This document shows, in pieces, positions 1-13,279 of a stretch of DNA of 64,000 nucleotides (position 1 is the first letter of the stretch; each line of letters begins with the position of its first letter). Under the pieces are notes generated by a model, which was not told the origin of the DNA, made no database searches, and saw only the letters and a list, made by a program, of their open reading frames with translations. Source of the DNA: Nemertoderma westbladi (lineage: Eukaryota; Animalia; Xenacoelomorpha); contig JAUCBJ010007179.1 in the NCBI GenBank assembly GCA_032718475.1, positions 1 through 64,000 of the forward strand, written 5' to 3'. Made by a program: the position numbers and the translations under genes.

Positions 1-3000
1 TATAAGCAGGTTATTTAGTGTAGTACTATACTAATGTATATACTATTAGTACTATAAGCAGGTTATTAAGTGTAGTACTATACTAATATTATTAGTACTA
101 TAAATACTAAATACTATTAGTATAAGCAGATTATTTAGTGTAGTACTATACTAATATTATTAGTACTATAAATACTAAATACTATTAGTATAAGCAGGTT
201 ATTTAGTGTAGTACTATACTAATGTATATACTATTAGTACTATAAGCAGGTAATTAAATGTAGTACTATACTAAATACTATTAGTACTATACTAAATACT
301 ATTAGTACTATAAGCAGGTTATTAAGTGTAGTACTATACTACTGTATATACTATTAGTACTATAAGCAGGTAATTAAATGTAGTACTATACTAATATTAT
401 TAGTACTATAAATACTAAATACTATTAGTATAAGCAGGTTATTAAGTGTAGTACTATACTAAATACTATTAGTACTATAAGCAGGTTATTAAGTGTAGTA
501 CTATACTAATATTATTAGTACTATAAATACTATTAGTATAAGCAGGTTATTAAGTGTAGTACTATACTAATATTATTAGTACTATAAATACTAAATACTA
601 TTAGTATAAGCAGGTTATTAAGTGTAGTACTATACTAAATACTATTAGTACTATAAATACTAAATACTATTAGTACTATAAGCATGTTATTAAATGTAGT
701 ACTATACTAATATTATTAGTACTATAAATACTAAATACTATTAGTATAAGCAGGTTATTTAGTGTAGTACTATACTAATGTGTATACTATTAGTACTATA
801 AGCAGGTAATTAAATGTAGTACTATACTAAATACTATTAGTACTATACTAAATACTATTAGTACTATAAGCAGGTTATTAAGTGTAGTACTATACTACTG
901 TATATACTATTAGTACTATAAGCAGGTAATTAAATGTAGTACTATACTAATATTATTAGTACTATAAATACTAAATACTATTAGTATAAGCAGGTTATTA
1001 AGTGTAGTACTATACTAAATACTATTAGTACTATAAGCAGGTTATTTAGTGTAGTACTATACTAATGTATATACTATTAGTACTATAAGCAGGTAATTAA
1101 ATGTAGTACTATACTAAATACTATTAGTACTATACTAAATACTATTAGTATAAGCAGGTTGTTAAGTGTAGTACTATACTAAATACTATTAGTACTATAA
1201 ATACTAAATACTATTAGTACTATAAGCAGGTTATTTAGTGTAGTACTATACTAATGTATATACTATTAGTACTATAAGCAGGTAATTAAATGTAGTACTA
1301 TACTAAATACTATTAGTACTATACTAAATACTATTAGTACTATAAGCAGGTTATTAAGTGTAGTACTATACTACTGTATATACTATTAGTACTATAAGCA
1401 GGTAATTAAATGCAGTACTATACTAATATTATTAGTACTATAAATACTAAATACTATTAGTACTATAAGCAGGTTATTTAGTGTAGTACTATACTAATGT
1501 ATATACTATTAGTACTATAAGCAGGTCATTAAATGTAGTACTATACTAAATACTATTAGTACTATACTAAATACTATTAGTACTATAAGCAGGTTATTAA
1601 GTGTAGTACTATACTACTGTATATACTATTAGTACTATAAGCAGGTAATTAAATGTAGTACTATACTAATATTATTAGTACTATAAATACTAAATACTAT
1701 TAGTATAAGCAGGTTATTAAGTGTAGTACTATACTAAATACTATTAGTACTATAAGCAGGTTATTTAGTGTAGTACTATACTAATGTATATACTATTAGT
1801 ACTATAAGCAGGTAATTAAATGTAGTACTATACTAAATACTATTAGTACTATACTAAATACTATTAGTACTATAAGCAGGTTATTAAGTGTAGTACTATA
1901 CTACTGTATATACTATTAGTACTATAAGCAGGTAATTAAATGTAGTACTATACTAATATTATTAGTACTATAAATACTAAATACTATTAGTATAAGCAGG
2001 TTATTAAGTGTAGTACTATACTAAATACTATTAGTACTATAAGCAGGTTATTAAGTGTAGTACAATACTAATATTATTAGTACTATAAATACTCAATACT
2101 ATTAGTATAAGCAGGTTATTAAGTGTAGTACTATACTAAATACTATTAGTACTATAAGCAGGTTATTAAGTGTAGTACTATACTAATATTATTAGTACTA
2201 TAAATACTATTAGTATAAGCAGGTTATTAAGTGTAGTACTATACTAATATTATTAGTACTATAAATACTAAATACTATTAGTATAAGCAGGTTATTAAGT
2301 GTAGTACTATACTAAATACTATTAGTACTATAAGCAGGTTATTAAGTGTAGTACTATACTAAATACTATTAGTACTATACTAAATACTATTAGTATAAGC
2401 AGGTTATTAAGTGTAGTACTATACTAAATACTATTAGTACTATAAGCAGGTAATTAAATGTAGTACTATACTAAATACTATTAGTACTATAAGCAGGTTA
2501 TTAAGTGTAGTACTATACTACTGTATATACTATTAGTACTATAAGCAGGTAATTAAATGTAGTACTATACTAAATACTATTAGTACTATAAGCAGGTTAT
2601 TAAGTGTAGTACTATACTAATATTATTAGTACTATAAATACTAAATACTATTAGTATAAGCAGGTTATTTAGTGTAGTACTATACTAATATTATTAGTAC
2701 TATAAATACTAAATACTATTAGTATAAGCAGATTATTTAGTGTAGTACTATACTAATATTATTAGTACTATAAATACTAAATACTATTAGTATAAGCAGA
2801 TTATTTAGTGTAGTACTATACTAATGTATATACTATTAGTACTATAAGCAGGTTATTAAGTGTAGTACTATACTAAATACTATTAGTACTATAAGCAGGT
2901 TATTAAGTGTAGTACTATACTAATATTATTAGTACTATAAATACTAAATACTATTAGTATAAGCAGGTTATTTAGTGTAGTACTATACTAATATTATTAG

Positions 3001-3765
3001 TACTATAAATACTCAATACTATTAGTATAAGCAGGTTATTTAGTGTAGTACTATACTAATATTATTAGTACTATAAATACTAAATACTATTAGTATAAGC
3101 AGGTTATTTAGTGTAGTACTATACTAATATTATTAGTACTATAAATACTAAATACTATTAGTATAAGCAGGTTATTTAGTGTAGTACTATACTAATATTA
3201 TTAGTACTATAAATACTAAATACTATTAGTATAAGCAGGTTATTTAGTGTAGTACTATACTAATGTATATACTATTAGTACTATAAGCAGGTTATTAAGT
3301 GTAGTACTATACTAATGTATATACTATTAGTACTATAAGCAGGTTATTAAGTGTAGTACTATACTAATATTATTAGTACTATAAATACTCAATACTATTA
3401 GTATAAGCAGGTTATTTAGTGTAGTACTATACTAATATTATTAGTACTATAAATACTAAATACTATTAGTATAAGCAGGTTATTTAGTGTAGTACTATAC
3501 TAATGTATATACTATTAGTACTATAAGCAGGTTATTAAGTGTAGTACTATACTAATATTATTAGTACTATAAATACTCAATACTATTAGTATAAGCAGGT
3601 TATTTAGTGTAGTACTATACTAATATTATTAGTACTATAAATACTAAATACTATTAGTATAAGCAGGTTATTAAGTGTAGTACTATACTAAATACTATTA
3701 GTACTATAAGCAGGTTATTAAGTGTAGTACTATTATACTAAATACGATTAGTACTACTCTATAAA
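1..3765. repeat. AT-rich tandem satellite with variable ~45-65 bp units, inside a FAM81 intron
   Basis: Continuous reiteration of TATAAGCAGGTTATTAAGTGTAGTACTATACTAA plus variable TACTATTAGTA/AATAC modules; runs off the left edge. Confidence 0.97.
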
Positions 3766-3904
3766 CAGATTATGTTCTGTAGTTGCATTTAATATCCTAC
3801 GTTGTACTGTACTTTTATTCAGATTTTTCACTGCATTCAAGAATATTACGGTAGTTAGTAACTTTGTTTCATTTTGCTTGTAAGTTGCTTAGCCCCTACC
3901 TATT

Positions 3905-4160
3905 AATTTCCACCTCTGGTTCCAGATGTCGTGTGTTCAAGCCCGCCCATATGGGGCCAGGGTAGTTTTCGTTTCGGCACGCATGCTGTAAAGGGACTAG
4001 CCGGGGCTTATCTCGGGCTAGAATCCTAAAATACTGTATTAGCTAAATGAGTACGAGTTACCTCTAGGGAGTATAGTTATAGGGGGGCCGCACTGGAAAT
4101 AAGTCGTCAAGATTTCTTTGTGTGTATAGGCATAATCCATGGACAAAATTACAGAATAAA
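3905..4160 (+). mobile_element. Degraded tRNA-derived SINE, same family as 19337-19622
   Basis: Shares AGTTTTCGTTTCGGCACG, TAGCTAAATGAGTAC and ACTGGAAATAAGTCGTCA blocks with the 19.3 kb copy. Confidence 0.75.
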
Positions 4161-4232
4161 TTTTTAATCAATTTTTAATAACTTCACGCCATAAATGATT
4201 GAATATTAATAACAAATATAACATTAACTTAC

Positions 4233-4418
4233 CTGAGTTTCAATGTAATGCCGTTGTTGTTCTAATAAATTCATTAAATTATGTTCAGTTTTGCTTTGCT
4301 GATCCTCAATATGTTTGTTAGCATCATGTAGCGTCGTTTTTACCAGATCCAATTGACCCTGCAGTTTACTGTCTACGCGGGTTATAGCTGTGGCACTTTC
4401 ACCTTCAACTGCTTTAAC
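4233..4418 (-). CDS. FAM81: FAM81-family coiled-coil protein, coding exon 3
   Basis: ttag acceptor and CAG|gtaagt donor; 186 nt, phase 0, open frame VKAVEGESATAITRVDSKLQGQLDLVKTTLHDANKHIEDQQSKTEHNLMNLLEQQRHYIETQ, in frame with exon 2. Confidence 0.85.
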
Positions 4419-4822
4419 CTAAGAGTTTCCAAAAAATTTCGGAGATACACGGAGAGTAAGAGGACTAAATACTGTTCAATAACGATGGGTTTTGTTCTAA
4501 TTCATTGTTGCAAACATTTTCTATTCGAGTACTCTAATCAAGACTGTAAAACTTTGAGAATTTCAACGAACAAACAACAAAATATTCGTATATAGAGATT
4601 TCCGTGAGCAGTCGTTTCTTAAATAAATAAATACTTGTTGTAAGGGGTTATAGTACCGAGATTACAGTTGTGTTCGTATATTCGTGGAAATATTTATCTT
4701 CACTCACGTTTGTTCGTGATAAATTGAAGTACAATAATTTCACTACAGTTTGAGCCTAGCCTACAAATTACAATTGGAAAACTACAGGTACTGTACAGTT
4801 ATTGTAGAGTAAGAATACCAAC

Positions 4823-5351
4823 CTTACTGTTAACCTCGCTGGAATTGACCTCAATGTTACTACTAAGATATAGAACTTTGCTCTCAACACCTTGAAGACG
4901 ACTGTTCATTTGTTCCAAGCCGCCGTGTACCGAGTGATTCAGCGACCGTATAGAGTCAGTAACGTTCCGTATATCCGCCGCCAAGCGGGCTACAGAAGCA
5001 TCGCATCTCGCCACCCGCCCCTGTAGGTCAGACAACCCCATCACCTGCTGTACTTCCAGATTTTGCACCTTGGTGGTGGAGTTCTGAACGACGTTATCTT
5101 TCGCTTTCAGCTGATCTTCTAGCACCTCAATCTCTCTACTAAGTCGCTTCACTACCACGGTTATAGTTCGAATGTGCTCGGAAAGCATCCGGCGTTGGTC
5201 TTTCTCCACCTTCCAGGTGCCCTGCGTCAGATTCATGTTCTCGATGATGTCTTCCTTTACCCTGTAGGCTTTATCGATGAGCGCCTGTGTCGTCTTCTCT
5301 TGATGGAGCAGACGATCTTCAATATTATCTACGCGTCTTCCGCTTGAAGGT
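4823..5351 (-). CDS. FAM81: FAM81-family protein, coding exon 2
   Basis: IEDRLLHQEKTTQALIDKAYRVKEDII..EHIRTITVVVKRLSREIEVLEDQL..DLQGRVARCDASVARL matches FAM81A/B motifs as I recall them; ttacag acceptor and AAG|gttggt donor. Confidence 0.92.
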
Positions 5352-7492
5352 CTGTAACTATGAATACAAAGGTATACATTAGTGCCGGACTATAATTTAG
5401 TAGACTTTTTTTACTACTACGACTAGACCTTATGTACAAAGTATATAATGTACCAGACTCTCATGATGATATTACTGCCATAAACCCAGTATGCGCGGGT
5501 TTGCCTCAGCATCGTACTAAAGTCATTTCAGTTAACCATATAAGAATAATACATTATTTCAAATATTAGTCCCAAAAATAATTAAAATATTAAGAACTAA
5601 TCAACTGAACTTGAACTAATCAACTGGTGCTCATGATTACGTCTTAAGGGGGGGGGGGGGGTATACCCCCCCATGAACCTTGTTTTAAAATGACTGTCAA
5701 ATTGTGTTAATTGATAATATTGCTATTTTGTCATGGTCAACCAATGTATGGAAGGCCAAATAGCCTTTATAGTAAAATTTGAAAATTTGTAGCCTCCCCC
5801 TAGCGGCTGGCGGTGGAATTAAAGATTTCACTAAAATTGCTACTAGTCCCTCAATTTTGGTCCAAATTTCTTGAAACCAACTTTTTTGGACTCAGCGTGA
5901 TCGACTCTACAAAAGTTATCTTATAGAATTTTTAATTAGCCATTTTTATTTTAATTAATTAATTTAATTAATTAATTATCATATTTTTAATTAAAATTGG
6001 CTAATTATAAAAAATGGAATTATTTATCAAAATTCCATAAGATAACTTTTAAAGAGCTTCCAAAGCTCGTTCGAATGAGCCATAAAAGAAGAAAATTGGT
6101 TGAAAAATGACGGAGGAGTAGTAATTTGAAAATGAAAAATGTCATTCCGAGAAAATGCCCTTCAAAGTTTAAACCGTCCCGCCAAAATTGGCTGTCTGTG
6201 TTCTGGTTGGTTAATTATTTCGGGCACGAAGGATGCACACCAACGAGCTAAAATGTTCATTACGGGGGTTTTCGGGGTCGCTGATTTCATTTCCGATGTC
6301 ACTTTTAATTTTTGGTGGAATATAGTCTATTTGTCTGTCTGTCGGTCTTCTGTCTTTCTTACAATTTAACGGACAGACCGTCATACGGAAAAACAGTGAT
6401 AACTCGAGAACTGAAAGAGGTCTCACTAAGCGGTTTTCAGATTTGTAATCCTCATTAACCCTTTAGGTACTATGGATCACCCATGTGATACATAAGCAAT
6501 GGTCTGCTAGAGCGCTATGTATCATACAGGTGATCCATGCTTTTAAATGTTACCCTATGCTATTCTATTCACCTTTAGTGCGTTTCTAAGCACTCTGCTA
6601 TATTATTAGTGCATCAAGGGACATCTTTTTAGATACCGGTACCAGTTTACTGCACCTGACTGGCAAATATGTGACTCTTACCATACCGGTACGGTAGGTA
6701 CAGTAACATGTCATAGTGTAAAGGTATAGTTTTGTTGTAGGCCTACCAGTAATGTATCCCAGGAGAGTTAGAGCTCCGCCCACATACTATGGGTTCGCTA
6801 GTGATGAATCTGAGGATGAGCCCGAGGCCGAGGATAGTTCAGGTTTCAATGATACCGGTAGTGGTAGCAGTGATCCAAATGAAGCTGAACGTGCCATTCC
6901 AAACCACGCCGAACTTTGGAAATTTATAGGGCTCTATCCTGTTTCAGCCCCAACATTCTACACCTGCCAGTCTGTCATCTGGTACCGGTAGTGGTAGTCA
7001 GTTTAGGCCTATTGTAGGCCTATGTATTGGTTTAGTGTTTTGATTATTGACAAAAATTTAATTTTTTTTCAAAATAGGATCTGGGTAGGGTTAGTTGGTC
7101 ATGCCTCAAACATATACAGTACATGCTCAAATATAATTTATTAAATTTAGCGGGATTTTGGACATTTATTGCCATAGGCCAAGGTCTGAAGGTCAGTTAC
7201 CAGTAATTAGGCTAGGCCTATAACTTCACTTTAGATTGCCAGTATTACTTAGGGTTAGGGTCACCCTTGGGCCATGGCATACCGGTAGTTTTAGTTAGGG
7301 TTGAGGCTTGACTCTAACTCTAAAAACTAACTCTAACCAAAACACTACACGAAAATACTCATAAAACAGTGGAAAGATAGGCCTAATCTTTGAGGCCGCC
7401 ACTATACCGTAACCTGCAGGTTATATGTCATTTCATAAATCAAATATTATTATATGTAGGGCTTAAACAGGATAGGCCTATTCTCGTTTATA

Positions 7493-9033
7493 GAATCAAG
7501 TGATACCTATAATGTGGATCGATTTACATTTAAGGAAACTGTTGGTCTCAATGTAGATACATCTGACTTCGAGGAAGAAGATTTTTTCAATGTGTTTTTG
7601 CCAGTTACATTATTCGAGAGTTTGGCTGTATGGACTAATAAACGAGCGGAAATAGATTTCAAAAAATTTGGAGAATCAGACTTAGCTGCAGGAAAGACGC
7701 CGAAAAAGTGGAAAGCAACTAATGCAGATGAAATACGGAAGTTTGTTGGGCTCCATTATTGATGGGGATAATTCGTAAACCAAGTATTAGATCGTATTGG
7801 GAATGTGATACAACTGCAATGATGGCAACACCATTTTTTACAAGAGCGGATTCCCTTTCACGTGATCGTTATCTAATCTTGCTAAAGTATATTCGGTTTT
7901 CCGATCCAGGGAATTATGAACCAATGAAGCGCGATACTCGAGTTAATGATTTCTTCGCGATTGTAAATTCTATTTGTTCCTGCTACACCCCAGATGAGAA
8001 CCTGTCCGTCGACGAGGCACTTCTTCTTCACAAAGGTCGCTTGAGTTTCAAGCAGTATATCAAAACCAAGCGCGCTCGGTTTGGAATTAAGTCATTCATT
8101 TTATGCGATGCAAATGGCTTCTTAATTCGTGCTCGATGTTACTACGGGAGTGAGTCCGCTTTACCACAGGTAGAAGCTGATCCAAAACTATCAAAGAGCG
8201 AGAACGTTGTAGCGTTACTATTAGAGGAATCTGATATGTTCGGGAAGGGGTATACAGTTAATGTTGATAACTGGTACTATAGTGTACGATTAGCCCGCTT
8301 TCTCCTTACCAAGGAAACTGGTTCGAGAGGAACTATTCGAGTAGATCGTGGTATACCACAAGAACTGAAAGAATTTAAACAAACTCCGATCTCTTCAAAG
8401 TTTAGTTATTGTGGCAATAAGTTATTGGCTGTGAAATTTACAGACAAGAGGGATGTGTACATGGTTTCAACGGTTGATGATTCGTCAATGGTAACAAAGA
8501 CCAGGTATGCAAAGAAGACTGGAGATCCAACAGAATTCGAGAAACCAACTGTAATAAATAACTATAACAAGTTTATGGGAGGTGTCGATATACAAGACTC
8601 AATTATAAAGTCATTCAATCCAGTTCGAAAATCGCATGCGTGGTTTAAGAAAGTTGGAATAAACATGATTGCTAGGTTGGTGGTAAACTCATTCTTGATC
8701 TATAAAAGGAAGAATAACGGAAACCAAAAAGGAAAGCTACAGTTACTTCCCTTTCTGAAGAAAGTTATAACAATTCTGACAAATATGAAGTCAGATGGTC
8801 CGAAGCATAGTAGGAAACGGTTGAAGCTTATTGATTCAGCATCAACATCATCAAAGCCCGTGCACGCCGTCACGTTCATCCCCCCAACGGATAAAGCCGC
8901 GAAACCACGTCGTCGATGCCGAGTTTGCTACGCGAATGGCAGGCGTATTCGGCTGACCCGCTTCCATTGCCCAATGTGCCCTTCAAAGCCAAGCCTATGC
9001 CATGGGTGTATCGCCAAGTGGGACCACAAATGA
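7493..9033 (+). pseudogene. piggyBac (PGBD4-like) transposase with a 1-nt frameshift near 7759; possible acidic first exon from 6752
   Basis: DDD motifs LSVDEA, VDNWY and MGGVDIQD; RKRLK NLS-like motif; C-terminal Cys-rich domain; upstream frame (WKATNADEIRKFVGL) overlaps in another frame; tttatag acceptor near 7492. Confidence 0.9.
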
Positions 9034-9176
9034 ACAATAATAATATAATTATAATTTCTATATAATTTCAATAAGAATAAATGGAAATTGTAAGTGCATC
9101 TACCATTATGTTTTTTGTAGTTTTTTTGGATGGTTGGCATACCTTTTTCAATTTCCTGAATTGAGGCATACCTCAA

Positions 9177-9910
9177 TTTTTGGCAGACAAACTGACAGAA
9201 AGGCGGACAAAGATATATTGTAGATTTCGTCAAACGTAAAAACTGACATCAGAAATGAAATCACCGTCCAAGAAAACACCATAGCCAAAATTTCCGGTTG
9301 ATCGTATGCTTTCTTAGTTTTTGACAGACAAACTGACAGACAGACGGACAAACAGACAGTGTAGATTTCGTTAAACATGAAAATTGACATCAGAAATGAA
9401 ATCACCGTCCAAGAAAACCCCATACCCAAAATTTCCGGTTGATCGTATGCTTTCTTAATTTTTGACAGACAAACTGACAGAAAGACGGACAAACAGACAG
9501 TGTAGATTTTGTTAAACATAAAACTGACATCAGAAATGAAATCACCGTCCAAGAAAACCCCCATAGCCAAAATTTCCGGTGGATCGTATGCTTTCTTGTT
9601 TTTGACAGACAAACTGACAGACAGACGGACAAACAGACAGTGTAGATTTCGTTAAACGTAAAAATTGACATCAGAAATGAAATCACCGTCCAAGAAAACC
9701 CCATAGCCAAAATTTCCGATTGATCGTATGCTTTCTTAATTTTTGACAGACAAACTGACAGAAAGACGGACAAACAGACAAACAGACTGTGTAGATTTCG
9801 ATAAACGGAAAAACTAACATCAGAAAAGGAATCACCGATCTTTAAAACCCCCAAAGCGAAAATTTCAGGATGACGATTCGCTTACTTAGTTTTTAACAGA
9901 CAAACAGACA
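9177..9910. repeat. About 6 copies of a ~120-bp tandem repeat in the piggyBac 3' region
   Basis: Reiterated GACAGACAAACTGACAG..TGACATCAGAAATGAAATCACCGTCCAAGAAAACCCC. Confidence 0.92.
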
Positions 9911-10073
9911 AAGGCAGCTCTAATTTGTAAAAATTTTCAGCGCATTACTATATGTTATTTGGGAATATTCAGTACCTAAAGGGTTAAATTCTGCTCTAGA
10001 TGAAATAAAGAAACAACAATTTGAAAATTTTACCTGAGGGGGGGTATACCCCCCCCCCCCCCCCCCCCCCTTA

Positions 10074-10517
10074 AGGCCTGTTTACACGTGACAACTTTTA
10101 TAGCAACTTTCTCGGCAACTTGTAGAGCAACCCAGGTTGCCGATCGAGTTGCTCCGTGCAAACACGTAAAAGTTGCCGTAAAAGTTGCTCAACTTTTACG
10201 GCAACTTGAAGGAATTTGCGTTGGCGAATTAAAGCGGGATCATCAAATTAAATTATCGAAAACTAGCGAGTAGATAAAATTACCCACTGTTTTACAGTCA
10301 AACGGGGCAAGTTGCTCTGAAAGTTGCCGGCTAAGTTGCTGGTAAAGTTGCCACATGTAAACATTGATTAAATTAAGTGCTCCAAAAAAAGTTGCTAGTT
10401 GTAGCGAAAGTTGCTCTAAAAGTTGCCACGTGTAAACAGTGATTAAATTAAGTGCTCCAAAAAAGTTGCTAGTTGTCGCGAAAGTTGCTCTAAAAGTTGC
10501 CACGTGTAAACAGGCCT
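10074..10517. mobile_element. PIF/Harbinger-type MITE
   Basis: TIR AGGCCTGTTTACACGTG/CACGTGTAAACAGGCCT; TTA TSD (10071-10073, 10518-10520); internal AAGTTGC/GCAACTT subterminal repeats. Confidence 0.88.
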
Positions 10518-10849
10518 TTAGCGTTTCGAAATCTTCTTAAACTTCATCCCATTCAAATTGACTGAAAGTCAGCCCAACAAATTCTGGTGAAAATGAGAAC
10601 TCATTAATTAAAGCAAAATAGTAAGTAAATCGATTGAAAGATATCTTCCGATAAATCAAAAACCTCCCATATTATTAAATTAAGTAAATAAAGCAAAATT
10701 GTGATAAAATTAACATGCATATCATAGCCTACAGTATAGTGTAGGCCAGGGTCAGCATTATTATCATTAGTGACTTAGCTTGTTCTGTGCCTATGGCTAT
10801 GGCGTGGATTAAATATAATGACAAACAACCGCAAAATCGCTCAAAGGTC

Positions 10850-12824
10850 CGCGTCCACTAACGCATGAACTGTGTCCTCCTTGAATGGCTTACTACCGCG
10901 TCTACTAACGCATGAACTGTCTCCTCCTTGAATGGCTTACTACCGACCGCGTCTACTAACGCATGAACTGTCTCCTCCTTGAATGGCTTACTACCGCGTC
11001 TACTAACGCATGAACTGTGTCATCCTTGAATGGCTTACTACCGCGTCTACTTACGCATGAACTGTCTCCTCCTTGAATGGCTTACTACCGCGTCTACTTA
11101 CGCATGAACTGTCTCCTCCTTGAATGGCTTACTACCGCGTCTACTTACACGTGAACTGTCTCCTCCTTGAATGGCTTACTACCGCGTCTACTAACGCATG
11201 AACTGTCTCCTCCTTGAATGGCTTACTACCGCGTCTACTAACGCATGAACTGTCTCCTCCTTGAATGGCTTACTACCGCGTCTACTTACGCATGAACTGT
11301 CTCCTCCTTGAATGGCTTACTACCGCGTCTACTTACGCGTGAACTGTCTCCTCCTTGAATGGCTTACTACCGCGTCTACTTACGCATGAACTGTCTCCTC
11401 CTTGAATGGCTTATAACCGCGTCTACTAACGCATGAACTGTCTCCTCCTTGAATGGCTTACTACCGCGTCTACTAACGCATGAACTGTCTCCCCCTTGAA
11501 TGGCTTACTACCGCGTCTACTAACGCATGAACTGTCTCCTCCTTGAATGGCTTACTACCGCGTCTACTTACGCATGAACTGTCTCCTCCTTGAATGGCTT
11601 ACTACCGCGTCTACTTACGCGTGAACTGTCTCCTCCTTGAATGGCTTACTACCGCGTCTACTAACGCATGAACTGTCTCCTCCTTGAATGGCTTACTACC
11701 GCGTCTACTAACGCATGAACTGTCTCCTCCTTGAATGGCTTACTACCGCGTCTACTTACGCATGAACTATCTCCTCCTTGAATGGCTTACTACCGCGTCT
11801 ACTTACGCGTGAACTGTCTCCTCCTTGAATGGCTTACTACCGCGTCTACTAACGCATGAACTGTGTCCTCCTTGAATGGCTTACTACCGCGTCTACTAAC
11901 GCATGAACTGTCTCCTCCTTGAATGGCTTACTACCGCGTCTACTAACGCATGAACTGTCTCCTCCTTGAATGGCTTACTACCGCGTCTACTAACGCATGA
12001 ACTGTGTCATCCTTGAATGGCTTACTACCGCGTCTACTTACGCATGAACTGTCTCCTCCTTGAATGGCTTACTACCGCGTCTACTTACGCATGAACTGTC
12101 TCCTCCTTGAATGGCTTACTACCGCGTCTACTTACGCGTGAACTGTCTCCTCCTTGAATGGCTTACTACCGCGTCTACTAACGCATGAACTGTCTCCTCC
12201 TTGAATGGCTTACTACCGCGTCTACTAACGCATGAACTGTCTCCTCCTTGAATGGCTTACTACCGCGTCTACTTACGCATGAACTGTCTCCTCCTTGAAT
12301 GGCTTACTACCGCGTCTACTTACGCGTGAACTGTCTCCTCCTTGAATGGCTTACTACCGCGTCTACTAACGCATGAACTGTCTCCTCCTTGAATGGCTTA
12401 CTACCGCGTCTACTAACGCATGAACTGTCTCCTCCTTGAATGGCTTACTACCGCGTCTACTTACACATGAAGTGTCTCCTCCTTGAATGGCTTACTACCG
12501 CGTCTACTTACGCGTGAACTGTCTCCTCCTTGAATGGCTTACTACCGCGTCTACTTACGCATGAACTGTCTCCTCCTTGAATGGCTTACTACCGCGTCTA
12601 CTAACGCATGAACTGTCTCCTCCTTGAATGGCTTACTACCGCGTCTACTAACGCATGAACTGTCTCCCCCTTGAATGGCTTACTACCGCGTCTACTAACG
12701 CATGAACTGTCTCCTCCTTGAATGGCTTACTACCGCGTCTACTTACGCATGAACTGTCTCCTCCTTGAATGGCTTACTACCGCGTCTACTTCGCATGAAC
12801 TGTCTCCTCCTTGAATGGCTTACT
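10850..12824. repeat. 47-bp minisatellite, about 42 copies
   Basis: Unit CGCGTCTACTAACGCATGAACTGTCTCCTCCTTGAATGGCTTACTAC with few variants and no spacers. Confidence 0.97.
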
Positions 12825-12844
12825 GCACTACCAATCCTACTACC

Positions 12845-12926
12845 AAAAAATTCACCGGAAAGTGAAATTGAACTCGGTACCTAGAGATTCCAAGTCCAAC
12901 GCTCTATCAACTTCACCACTGCGCCG
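12845..12926 (-). other. tRNA-like Pol III promoter remnant
   Basis: Minus strand GTGGTGAAGTTGATAGAGCGTTGGACTTGGAATC..GAGTTCAATT..TTTTTT: A/B-box-like with a T-run; no intact cloverleaf. Confidence 0.5.
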
Positions 12927-13279
12927 AGTGAAGCCTTATAAATCTGTATAACTGGAAATTAACTGGTCTCGCTTATACTAAAAGTTAACTGGAAATTAAC
13001 AACAGGTCTCGCTTACTAAAAGTTAACTGGAAATTAACAGCAGGTCTCGCTTACTAAAAGTTAACTGGAAATTAACAACAACAATGGAATGAATACTAGA
13101 GGTCTCGCTACGCGGACCTAAAAAGTAAAATCCCCTTGTGGAGCTGGTATACGTTGGTCGCCAGCTTTTCTCCAGCGACTGGCACATAAACAAACTTAAA
13201 TCAATAAATGGAATAAATTATTTACTATGTAGAAATCGTTTGATTCTATACGACCACCTCATTCTCTTTCACGACTTAC

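Larger units (their letters stand above)
6459..9983 (+). mobile_element. piggyBac transposon, 3525 bp
   Basis: 13-bp TIR CCCTTTAGGTACT/AGTACCTAAAGGG; TTAA at 6455-6458 and 9984-9987; the empty site CTCATTAAATTCTG is seen in the paralogous host copy at about 56703-56716. Confidence 0.97.
5648..10070. mobile_element. Non-autonomous TTAA-targeting DNA transposon (Kolobok-like), host of the piggyBac
   Basis: TTAA at 5644-5647 and 10071-10074; G(n)TATAC(n) termini at both ends (RR..YY ends with TTAA TSD); second partial copy at 55480-56789. Confidence 0.75.
10845..13125 (+). mobile_element. Putative Helentron/HINE-like non-autonomous element carrying the 47-bp array
   Basis: 10-bp inverted repeat AGGTCCGCGT (10845) / ACGCGGACCT (13110); terminal hairpin AGGTC..GACCT followed by an A-run; short tandem repeats at 12950-13080. 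Confidence 0.45.

Noticed and set aside
9148-9854. ORFs of 150-154 aa here, and the repetitive ORFs at 38958-39510
   Set aside because: Translations of tandem repeats with no protein signature.
10850-12824. CRISPR-like array
   Set aside because: Head-to-tail units without unique spacers, no cas genes, eukaryotic context.
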